From Octopus bimaculoides (lineage: Eukaryota), in the NCBI RefSeq assembly GCF_001194135.2, contig NC_068997.1, positions 7,980,648-8,044,647 of the forward strand: a stretch of DNA of 64,000 nt. The letters are read 5' to 3'. Positions 26,101 through 38,314 of the stretch are shown piece after piece. Below the pieces are notes generated by a model. The model saw only the letters and a program-made list of their open reading frames with translations, had not been told where the DNA came from and did not search any database. The position numbers and the translations under genes are program-made. Position 1 is the first letter of the stretch; the number at the start of each line of letters is the position of its first letter.

Positions 26101-26527
26101 CACAAGCTTGTCTGAGCCCCAAGTTGTGTAGGCTTGTCACAAGCTTGTCTGAGCTCCAGGTTGCGTACACTCGTCACAAGCTTGTCTGAGCTCCAAGTTG
26201 CGTTGTCTCGTCACAAGCTTGTCTGATCCCCAAGTTGCGTAGACTCGTCAAAAGCTTGTCTGAGCCCCAAGTTTCGTAGGCTTGTCACAAGCTTGTCTAT
26301 GCTCAAACTTGCGTAGTCTTCTCACAAGCTTGTCTGTGCCCCAAGTTGCTTAGGCTTGTCACAAGCTTGTCTGAGCCCCAAGTTGCCTAGACTCATCACA
26401 AGCTTGTCTGAGCCTCAAGTTGCGTAGGCTCATCACAAGCTTGTCTGAACCCCAAGTTGCATCGGCTCATCAGAAGTTTGTCTGAGCCCCAAGTTGTGTA
26501 GGCTCGTCACAAGTATGTCTGAGCCCA
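23150..26527. repeat. 37-bp minisatellite array, about 90 copies
   Basis: Consensus gtcacaagcttgtctgagccccaagttgcgtaggct(c/t). Period measured as 37 (tgagcccc at 24661 and 24698). Head-to-tail with no spacers; a 10-N gap lies at 25918-25927. Confidence 0.97.
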
Positions 26528-26814
26528 GCAAGCTATATTCCTGTGATGAGATCACTCTTGTCATAAATGATAATCCTTTACAGGACCCAGTGCTTGACTA
26601 GTCCTTATTTCATTGACTGAGAAAGTTGAAAAGCAAAGGTGGCGCATTTGAACTCAGAACGTAAAGGTGGATAATATACCACTAAGCATTTTATCTGGTG
26701 TGTAGCCACATTTGGATTTGCTTACAACTACACCACATTGTATGAAGATTTGGTTGGGATTCTATATTTCAGAATTAAATATTTTCTCCACCTTAATCTG
26801 TGGAATTGCTATTG

Positions 26815-27420
26815 TGATCATCATCATCATCATCATCAGTACTTGATCCAACGACTTCCTGGTTCTCCCAAAGCCACATGTTCCATCTACTTTGAGAGAT
26901 CCACACTTCTTTATAGAGCTGTCAGCATCCTTTAACATCAAATGACCAATCCAGCAGTCTTCTCTCTTGCTCACAACAACCAATTCCTCTTATGCTTAAT
27001 TTCTATCTAAACACTAGCACTCTGTTGAACATGTACACTTACATTACACATCCAACTAGCCTCATTCCTTTCTAACCATCGCATGTCTTCTACATCTACG
27101 ACCCACGTCTCACTACCATATAGAATTACTGTCCGTATACACGCATCATACAATCTTCCTTTCACTTGGAGAGAGAAACCTTTCATGGCCAACACAGGTA
27201 ACAGCTCTCTGAATTTCCTCTATCCTATTCTTATTCTAGCTACCACACTCTCCTTGCATCCTCCCCCACTACTAATTTTGTCCCCTAGGTAGCAGAAATT
27301 ATCTACTACCTCTAATGAGCCACCAAGGCTTTTGAGAGATTCAGTTTCCCGAGTTTCTAAAGGTTTTATGGATCCTGTGCATCTTCCACATATGAAAACT
27401 CTCTTCCCTGATAATAATTC
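26815..27420 (-). mobile_element. RTE LINE ORF2 fragment
   Basis: KGFSLQVKGRLYDACIRTVILYGSETW..DVEDMRWLERNEAS; same family as 48645-49125. Confidence 0.88.
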
Positions 27421-28907
27421 TTAGATCGAATCTAGTCTGAGACCACGAAAATATATCCAGTCAAAAGGCAGATGAAGATGACTGGAATTCAAGCCATAAT
27501 GTGAACAAGTGTATTCTGAAAACAACATTTAAAGTATAGAAAAATTATAATCTAGATTCCCACCAAGATTTGAACTCAGAATGTGGAGAATCAAAATTAC
27601 AATGAAACAACAACAAACCAAACAAGCAACAATATTTCAAAATAGAATTTTATTCAATTTGTTCTACTGCAAGTCAGTGTTTTTGAAACATTATTATTTA
27701 CAGAAATAAGAGGACAATGATTTGATAGGCATCACATCAGAATATTACATAGACATTCCTAACTCATTTTCCATTTGGCTTGGGGACACACAAGCATGCT
27801 AAATAGCACCAATCCCAATATTCTATGTTCTACAACAGTTCAAACTGTCCTGCAGTGCCATCTCTTTGGAATGGCACGGAACTTAAAAGAACAAAACTAG
27901 ATTGTCTGAGAGAAAATAATGATATATTGTTTATAATATGTTATGTGATTTTATATATTTATTAAATACACCAAGGCTGTTAAAAGAGAGAACACAAAAT
28001 TCTCTATGCACATGTATGTGTGTGTACATATAGAGCGCTCAACCTGGTATCTCCCTGCCGTTCATTTCCTCACACAACTAAATACTTTAAAATCTAGAAT
28101 TCGTAAGTTACCTCTATGTGACCACACTTCCAGCAACAGCATGACTAAATATCCATTAAGAAGAAAGGAAGGAAAGGGGGGGGGGGAGAGACATGGTGGC
28201 ATTTCTCTGGTGTGCCAAATCTTTGGACCATTCCTAAAATATTCAAACAGAACAGAGTTGAAGAGATGCTATTCTACAACACTCACAAGAAAGTCTTGTA
28301 ACCATAAATGAAAATGTAGAATTCTGAATCCAAATTTCTGCAAGAATCAAATTATATTTCTTCTGATTCTGATTGCACTAGATAAAAGCAAAATATAAAT
28401 TGGCTTTTATTGGAATACCGCAAAACTTTGATTGTCTGTTTCCATACCAAATACAGTTGTAAAGGGCACCAAGTGTTCTATAAAAACAGCAGGGTGAGAG
28501 CTCAGCTGTTTTTTGGTCCTGCCTTCTTGTTGCATTGATTACTACAAATGAATTAAAACTCGTCATCATTCAACAGACATAATTTGAATGCAAGAACTTT
28601 TTTCAATGTGGCTCAGTTTTTCTAAGCAACAATACAGAGTGAGCTGAATTGCTGAAGGAGTAGTATATTATTGGTATTTTAAGTGAAGAATAAAAGTAAA
28701 TATCACCTGTCTGTATTTGAACTCATTACATTTGGTGGTAAAGCAAAGTCATTTAGTCAGACATTAATGTTTTCACCAATTCACTGTTTAAATTTTAATA
28801 TAACAATAAAAAAAATATAATCTATTGTTCTTATATTTTTTTCTTTTTCTTTCTTTTTTTCTTTTATAGTATTATCTTTGGTAACAAATACAAAAATACT
28901 GAAAATT

Positions 28908-29016
28908 TTATTTCCGGAAAGCATACACCGGGTCACCAACTTGAATCCATCCTTCAGTGTTAGGACTGATCATAATACCAAAATTTGGGGATTTCGTTCC
29001 ACGAGGGGCCCGGAAG
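28908..29016 (-). CDS. MTARC: mARC exon 7 ([35 protein letters not shown])
   Basis: cttttaaatag acceptor; phase 2; TAA at 28910-28908. Confidence 0.93.
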
Positions 29017-32000
29017 CTATTTAAAAGAAAGAGATTTACAAGAATTAATGCAAAACAGAAAGAGAAGCAGGGAAAGGGTGAGAGAAGCGAAGAAGGGAGG
29101 GAGAGAAAGACAGAGAGAGGTAATGGAGAGGGGGAAATTAATTAGTTAATTGTAAGTAATAATGGGTTTCAAATTTTGGCACCTTGCTCCATCTGACTTC
29201 AATCTTTTCATCTCATTACAGCATTAATTAGGCGTAGGGGTGGGGGGCGAATGTTTATTAATTGCAAAGAGATTAAGAAATGATATTGAATGTTTCTTAG
29301 CTTTGAAACGTGAAAGATTTTATGCCTGAGGAATCAACAATTTGTCAAATAAATTGGATTGTGTCATCGTTAATGAGGGGAAATGTTATCTTGCTTAAAT
29401 TAAGACCAAAGATGCATTTGTTTCTTTCCCAACTTGAAATGCGACAGCAGGACTTTGTTTCCACTCTCATACATACATACATACATACATACATATGAGA
29501 GGGGTGAGGGCAAAGGGATTTTATATATATGTATATATACATTGTATATATACATATAGTATAATCATCATTTAACTTTCATGCTGGCCTGGATTGATTG
29601 GTTTCACAGGATCTGACAAGATGCACAAGGACTGCATTATGCTCCACTCTCTACTTTGGTATGGTTTCTACTGCTGGATGCCCTTCCTGACCCCAACCAC
29701 TTTACAGAGTGTACTGGGTGCTTTTTTTTTATGGCACCAGCACTAGTAAGGTCTCCATGCTGCTTGAAAGACTACAAACCCTGAGAGAGACAAGTTTGTG
29801 CTAAGAGATGAGGCGTTAAAGCACAAGAGAAGGGGCCAGAACAAAATGGCTTGTGAGGGTTGTACAAGCTGTATACAAAGGGTAGGAGTTCATCATGGTT
29901 CAGTCCTCCGTACCCTCTTTTCCCTCAAAGTCTCACAGACCATCACAGTGGAGTGTAAGACTGGCTGCCCACGCGAGGTCTTGTAAGCTGATGATCTGGT
30001 TCTCGTGGTTGAATCTAATGACTACTTACATTTTTGAGGAGAGAGTGGTGGGACCGATAGATGTGGAGTGGGATGAGACAAAATAGTAGTGATGAGGTGT
30101 CTATGTGGACCCTTAAGGCATGAGGTGAATAGAAGGGAATGGGAACAAAAGGGATGAGGGTCTGCTTGAACAGAGGTTACAAGAGTGTATGGAAGAATGA
30201 AAGGTGAGCAGAAAAATATAAAGAATGAGGAGCAAGGTTTAGCTTCCATGCTTGGAATTTTCTCTCCAATTCCTCAAATCATCAGCATATGAGTTCTCAT
30301 GGAACTAGATTCCTCGGTGAACATGAAATCACTGAATATGGAATTGTACCAAATACCTTCACCAAACCAATGAGAGCCAGAAAAAGTGGTTTATGATGCT
30401 TACACACACACACACACACACACAAATATTCAAAAAGATAGATATATATACCTCTGTAACGTTTTAAAAGGTTCCATTTCTGGATCTTTCTCTCCTGTGT
30501 TTGGTTCAACAGAAGGAAGCAGGCACCTGAATGAGAGAAAATAAAACAAAATGAGGGATTTTTTAGTATCAACACCTTTAATGTGACTTCAGGGTATGTC
30601 AGAATTGCAGAAGAATTTTTTGTCAGCGAAGAGGTTGCAGTGTTTGTGGATGGTCCATACTGCAGTAACTTCAGATTCAGCAGATAATCTCAGATCAGAA
30701 CACTTGCCATACTAACACATCTTTGTAATAAGAAAATATTCCATTTTTGTAATCAGTCCTTAAAATCTCTTCTCTTTTTTTTAAATCACCATTTTTATTT
30801 GATCCTCTTCATGAAACCCTAGAGTTTATTCTTCATTTTCGAATGTGACCAAGAATTTTTCCTCATAGACCACAACAACGGAAGAAGCAGTCATATCATG
30901 CAGACAACCAGCGGCTCATTTTTGCTCCCATTTCTACAATTTCTTTGGTTTAATGAAACTATGGAAATGGTGGCATCTCATAGTCACAGGCATGTGCCAT
31001 ACTCTTAACCCTCACAGAATAAGGTCCACCATCTGTAGGGCTTGAAGAAATTCAGGTTGCCCCTTGTACTGAACTTGGATTATCATGAAGGAGGGTTGGA
31101 TTGGACTACAAACCTTATTCTCTCGAGTCTCTAACTTTCTGGACCTGTCGAAAAGATGGCCAAGGTGGTATATCAGAGATGCAGTGGGATGACCAGAGTG
31201 ATGTCTGTGGCACAATGTGCTGTGAGCTATGTGTCGCACAGTGACACTGTTGGAGATTAGCTTGGACCCTTGATGTTTGGGTTCCTATGGGCAATCGGTC
31301 AAACTTCTCAAACAATTAGCCTTGCCTAAACCATTGTGCACACACACACACAAATACATGCCATGTGGTTAAGAAGCTTGCTTTGCAATTACATGTGTTC
31401 CAGGTTCAATCCCACTGCATGTTGTAATGCTACCTTCAGTGAAGGTAGCATTACAACAAATGGGCAGCAAGATTGAGCGACTCAAGTGAAATGACTCAAA
31501 CACTTTTGACCACTAACCCAGTTTGTTTGCAACTCGACACCATGCTAAGTCGTCTAACTTGCTTGAAAAAGCAGTCACATCTACCTCAAATCATATGCTA
31601 TTGTCTTAAAAAAGGAAGGACAAAATGTAATCTTAAATACATTATATCTGAAAATACAAAGAGATGGCCACAATCATAAATTTCCTCAATCAGAGCTGAC
31701 CTGGGGTTAAACAACAACTTGCTTGATTTGACCCAATGAAATAGTTTCTACATGGTTGTTGTTGTTGTTGTCAACCCTTCTCGAGCAGGTCAATGATCAA
31801 ATCAATTAGAACTATATTATTCCCGATCCTCTCCCTTCTTAAAGATAGTATGGCTTAACTTAGGAGGTGGGGGGGAGAAATCTGGTTGCAATGTTTAGCA
31901 GTTTGAGCAACCATGTAGAGGCTCTCTTCGTTGCCTGTCTACACAGTGCCATTACCAACTGAATATAACAATTAAGAATTACTTTCATGCTGAATAATTA

Positions 32001-32183
32001 CCTGCTACATGGTTCTATGTAATGAAATGTCACATTTGTACCAATTCGGATCTCATCCCAAGAATCCTAAGGAAATAGAAGAAATCAAATGAAAAATGCA
32101 AAAATGAGGTTACTTAGTTTTATTATTGCAATATGCACCCTTATCATAACATCATTTAAAGTCCATTTACTATGTTAGCATGA

Positions 32184-32227
<44 letters not shown>

Positions 32228-34059
32228 NNNNNNNNNNNNNNNNNNNNNNNNNNNNNNNNNNNNNNNNNNNNNNNNNNNNNNNNNNNNNNNNNNNNNNNNN
32301 NNNNNNNNNNNNNNNNNNNNNNNNNNNNNNNNNNNNNNNNNNNNNNNNNNNNNNNNNNNNNNNNNNNNNNNNNNNNNNNNNNNNNNNNNNNNNNNNNNNN
32401 NNNNNNNNNNNNNNNNNNNNNNNNNNNNNNNNNNNNNNNNNNNNNNNNNNNNNNNNNNNNNNNNNNNNNNNNNNNNNNNNNNNNNNNNNNNNNNNNNNTG
32501 ACTGTTCTTTGAGCCACTTCTTCACTACACTTTTCACTTCCTGGAATAATGTTTACCTCTCAAACACTCTTTCGTGGCACTGAAGAAATGATAGTCTGAA
32601 GGCGCTAAATCTGGTGAGTAGTGAAGAAGTGGCTCAAAGAACAGTCAACAGAATTTTACGGGGCAGGGATACATGCTCTCATTCGAAGATGGAACATTGC
32701 TATTGAGAGAAACGGTGACTCTGTTGAGAAGTAGGGATGTGATCCACAGAGGACCAGCTTCGTTTTGATATATGATACATGTTCCTGTGTTGGTAATTGT
32801 ACCTGTCCTAAACAAAATGGCATTACTTTTTGACTCACCTTTGTAATACTCTATTTTATATAAAACTAGTATTATATGTATGTGTGTGTGTTGCATATTG
32901 TTGTCGTTATTCAATTTACTAATGACGATAATTAATAATAATATCTATATAAATATTTTTGAATATAAATTCATTTAGTATATATATATGTGTGTGTGTG
33001 TGTGTATTTTACTCATTAATTTAATGACAAATCTTAATGGAAAACTTCTGTTATAGCACTGCTTGAAATCATGTGGCAGCACACTCAATAGAACAACCAC
33101 CGTACGTCACTGATACTCAATACAACAACCACCCAATACAACCACCACTATACACCACTGATACACACACGCACACATAGCATAAATACAATGAACAGTG
33201 AAAAGGACAACAGAGAAGGAAGGAAGTTTGAGAAGAAGTGTATTAGCTCAAAGCAAAGGATGAAAATATAAAGTGTTTTAAGCTTTTGGATGTTAGTCCT
33301 TCATCAGAACAAAGAAGAGAATAGCAGAGTGTGAAAGAGAAATACTCAGGGAGAAGAATCAAATGCTGGTGGTGGGGGGAAGGTAGTTAAGAAGGGAGGG
33401 AAGGTTGGGCGTGCCAATGCAAGTATAAGTGTAAGGGGACATAAGGGGTTAGTGCTGTTAGCGTGTGTGTTAGTGTGGTGTGGAAATGTGTATAAAAGTG
33501 TGCAAGTGGAGTGGCATTAGTTTGCGGAGCAGTGGGTGGTGGTGGTGGTGGTGTATGTGTGTGCATTTGATGGTTTGGTGGGTGATGTGAAAATGTGCGT
33601 GTGAAGAGATGAGAGCGGATGTAAGTGCGAAGGAACAAGGATTGTCAAAGAGCAAACAGGATTGCAAGAACAGCATTGGTGATGTGTGTACAACAAAAGT
33701 AAAGAAGGAATGGGAAAATATCTTTTAACAAAGAGGGAAGATTTAAGCAAATATTTCAAAAAGAAACAACATATAAATATCTTCAGTAATCCCTCGACTA
33801 TCGCAGGTGTTACCTTCCAAAATCCCCAGCGATATGTGAAAATCCATGGAGTAGAAACAGTACTGCATGGTATATTTTATTATTATTATAATTTGTATGT
33901 ATTTATTTTATTATAAATGCAAAACAACACCACAGAGGAATCGACGTAAGCTGGAAAAATAAACTGTGATAGGTGAACCGCAATATGGCCAGGGATCACT
34001 GTATGTATGTATATATATATATATATATGTATATATATGTATATATATCTATATATATC

Positions 34060-34092
<33 letters not shown>

Positions 34093-36275
34093 GTATATAT
34101 ATNNNNNNNNNNNNNNNNNNNNNNNNNNNNNNNNNNNNNNNNNNNNNNNNNNNNNNNNNNNNNNNNNNNNNNNNNNNNNNNNNNNNNNNNNNNNNNNNNN
34201 NNNNNNNNNNNNNNNNNNNNNNNNNNNNNNNNNNNNNNNNNNNNNNNNNNNNNNNNNNNNNNNNNNNNNNNNNNNNNNNNNNNNNNNNNNNNNNNNNNNN
34301 NNNNNNNNNNNNNNNNNNNNNNNNNNNNNNNNNNNNNNNNNNNNNNNNNNNNNNNNNNNNNNNNNNNNNNNNNNNNNNNNNNNNNNNNNNNNNNNNNNNN
34401 NNNNNNNNNNNNNNNNNNNNNNNNNNNNNNNNNNNNNNNNNNNNNNNNNNNNNNNNNNNNNNNNNNNNNNNNNNNNNNNNNNNNNNNACAGTCTCCAGAG
34501 AAACAAGCAGCCAAACTGTTTATATACTCAACAAATGCAGCAGTTACTTTATGCAGTAACTTTATGCAGCAGTTACTTTATGAAGGAGTTCCTAATTTGC
34601 ATACTGCAAGTGCTTAACACTCTATAAATACCAGTGGCCTGTCAATGGGGATCTTAATCCACACAGTATCAAGGTATGATATAATAAATATGTAACATAG
34701 AGGATAATTATAAACAGGGCAAATTTTATCCGTTTTATCCGACTGGAAAAAATAATGAACTACACACATATATACATATTATACTAATTTTTTTTCTTAA
34801 GGAAAATAAAGGACAAACCAACAACATCAATCATATTTAAACTCAGTAATACAAGACTACAAAAAACGTTTTAGCAAAGGTCCATATCAGTGGTTCCCAA
34901 CCTTTTCCCTACCAACAACCCCTTTTATTTAAATGAGTTTTCCCATGGACCCCAGGATATTGAAAGGTCTGTCAGCTTAACATGCACGCAGACCCCTAGT
35001 ACCACTTTCGCAGACCACCAGGGGGTCCGTGAACCTCAGATTGGGAACCACTGGTCTATATATTAAGACAATGACTAAAAGTAAGGCTAAGCAATTCTTC
35101 AATGGAATGATTCTGGACAAACCTCATCAAAAGCCATACAGCCTTCCACAAGAATATTCGGTCGGAAGTTATAAACTGTAACTTCTTTATTAATTCGGTT
35201 GTTGATATCATCGATTGATGCCTGAGACAGGAGGTGGTAGGGGGAACTGTCTTGGTAAACACACTGAAACAGAAACAACATCATCATCATCATCATTTAA
35301 TGTTCACAGAATTTGTTGAGGCAGATTTTCAACAGCTGAATGCTCTTCATTTTGCCAATGCACACACACACACGCACGCACACATACATATGAACCCGCC
35401 TACATACATGCATATATTGATGGGCCTCTTTCAATTCATCTACCAAATCCACTCACAAATACTTTGGTTAGAGAGATACTTGCCCAAGGTGCCTTGCAGG
35501 GAGACTGAACTCAACACCCCATGATTGGAAAGCCAGCTTCTTAACCACACAGCTACACCTGTGCCTATTACTGGAAGCCAAAAATATTCTTTTATCTGTT
35601 TCAGTCATTTGACTGCAGCCATGCTGGAGCACTGCCTTTAGTTGAACAAATCAACCCCAGAACTTATTCTTCAGAAGCCTACTACTTATTCTACCTGCAT
35701 CTTTTGCCAAACTGCTAAGTCACAGGGACATAAACACACCAGATGGACAAACACACACACACACATATATCATCATTACCATTGTCATTTAACGTCCACT
35801 TTCCATGCTGGCATGGGTTGGATAGTTTGACTGAGGGTTGGTGAGCCAGAAGGCTGCACCAGGCTTCAATCTGATTTGGCAAAGCTTCTACAGCTAGATG
35901 CCCTTCCTAACACCAACCACTCCAAGAGTGTAGTGGGTGCTTTTACGTGCCACCAGCATGAGGCCCAGTCAGGAGGCACTGGCAACAATCACACTCAAAT
36001 GATGCTTTTAACATTCCACTGGCACGGGTGCCAGTCAGGCGGTACTGTCATCAGCCACAACAATGATTTCACTTGCCTCAACAGGTCTTCGCAAGTGNNN
36101 NNNNNNNTGTCATCAGCCACAACAATGATTTCACTTGCCTCAACAGGTCTTCGCAAGTGGAGATTATTGCCCAATGTTTGAAGGGTGGACGGGCGTCTTT
36201 TAGTTTCCGTCTACCAAATCCACTCACAAGGCTTTGGTTCATCTTGGATGAAATACTTTTGACTATGGATCTACT

Positions 36276-36308
<33 letters not shown>

Positions 36309-38283
36309 GATGGTTTTCTTTAAGGTTTTGTCTACCAAATCCATTTACAAGGCTTTAGATAGCCTGAGCTTATAGTAAAAGACACTTGCCCAAGGTGCCA
36401 CACAGTAGGGCTGAACCCAGAACCATGTGGTTGGGAAGCAAACCTCTTACCACACTTGTGCTTGTGATGGTAATATGTAATACTGCAGACCTGTCCAACC
36501 CAAGTCAGCTTTGTAAAAGAAACAAAACATTTTTATGATATGACAAAAAAAAATATATAAAGTGAAAATAGTGAAAACCTGTGCAGTTTGTATTGGTGAA
36601 TATTGCTTAGGTTTGACGTATCTTTTTTCCAAATCATCCCCTGAATATACCATACGATAGCCATCTTTCTGTAGATAGTCACATATCCATGTAGCAGCTT
36701 CATCACCACAGTCCTGGCCACTGATTTTGTTACCCCACACACTGCAATGGAAAAAAAACAAAAAATATTTTGAATTATGACAATAATAACATTAACTGGC
36801 AAAATACCAATGGGTCACTTCACATAGTTGCAAATGAGTGCCGTGTAGAGGCAAAGCTCACTGTTCTAAGCAGCCAAGAACCTAAGAAACATTACAGAAT
36901 TGAGAGCTGGACTCTCAGCACTTCCAATGACCATTCAAAACCATTTTATTCTTATTCTTCTTTGAATTATTACATGAAGATGTCAGGGTTATCTTTAACC
37001 TAACAGGTTGAGTACAGCTGGTAACATAGAATCCAGTACAACCTGATGCCCAGTTGGGGCATCAGCAACTAAACTGGCAGCCTCACTGGGTTAGCTTGGT
37101 AAAGAGGGCTGCTGCAAAAACCCAGCAAGACTAGAAATAAGGCCTGTCAAAAGGACAAATGAACTCTGTGAAGGTTCAATGACAATCTTGCAAATAGCAC
37201 AGGCACTCAGAAATTCTAGGTTGGTGTTTAACATGCTGGAAGACCATTGGGGGCAAAGCAACCCTCAACTTTTGTTAAAGCGTGCCTCTAGGGGAAGGTC
37301 ACTCTGATATAAAACTAGATATGCAGGGAATGGCATTGGACATTTTGAGGAGCTTTTGTTTGCTCATGAGATCATGGCGGTCCTACATTCCTGAGCCTGT
37401 GACCCATATTGGCATTAAATGCCTTACCTTAGCTTGTCTTTGAGTCATATCAATAGGATGGAGAGGGTCAATGAGGTGTTGTGCAAGCCTTATTGGACCT
37501 AAAATTTTACACAGGTATCTTTTTTTGTCAGTGATGCTTATATTTGTTTACAAGCTGTCAGCCATTATCCATATATGTATATTATATATTGTATATGTTA
37601 TATGTATAATCAATACTATTTATATTATAATAACTGGTTATATTTATATTATAAACATATATTTATTTTACTTTGATATGTTTCTTGTTCATTGATCTGT
37701 GAATATGCCATGCTTTGAATAACAAGTTCGATGTATAATGCTCCACAATTATGTAGATGTATGTATAATTACAGAATACATAAAATATTCTGTTTCCAGC
37801 ATCATAAATCAATGTCAATTATAATACTCTTAGAGTAAAGCATTCAAAGAACAAACAGAGAAGAAGAAGAAGAATATTAATTGAAATATTAATCAAACTG
37901 TCTTGCAAGCCAAAACAACATGAGAAGGAGATATGGATCATTCAAAATATATTTTTCACAATATCAAAAAGAGAAGCATTAAAAAATATAAACTTATACC
38001 TGCATGAAATTATGTTTTTATTTTGATTCTTAGGTTTCTTTGATAAGCATAAAGGTTTCATTTCTGGTGCATCAAGCTGTAAGTAATCTTCATCATCCAC
38101 ATTAGGCGTGATCAGAGACATTTTTGGTTCTTGCCGCTGAGACAGGAAGGCATTGTTGGGACGTACAAACATCCACTGCCTGGAAACAAAGTTATTGAAC
38201 AGAAAGGTAAAAAACAAACAAATAGATAAATAAAATAATCATATGTATTTTTCTAAAATTGGATTTTCATCATCCAGATAATG

Positions 38284-38314
<31 letters not shown>

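Noticed and set aside
23150-26527. 37-bp repeats with dyad symmetry suggesting a CRISPR array or a repetitive protein
   Set aside because: There are no unique spacers or cas genes, and the context is eukaryotic. The period is not a multiple of 3 and the ORFs are short and broken.
33280-33330. Second CTGATGA hammerhead-like core on the minus strand
   Set aside because: The GAAA core is mutated (CAAAAG) and stem II is broken. At most it is a dead Penelope tail.
33886-34627. Long ORFs here and at 13720-14531, 32170-32537 and 41318-41901
   Set aside because: They are open only because they run through N gaps and (TA)n tracts.
36047-36160. Tandem 50-bp duplicate flanking a 10-N gap, and a similar case at 25870-25975
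   Set aside because: This is the typical unmerged contig-overlap artefact.
36579-36741. Exon first read as a TIR-like domain that might be fused to the TRPM channel
   Set aside because: It aligns much better with mARC MOSC_N (G.DCG...A.WI...L....YR.V) and joins in phase with flanking mARC exons.
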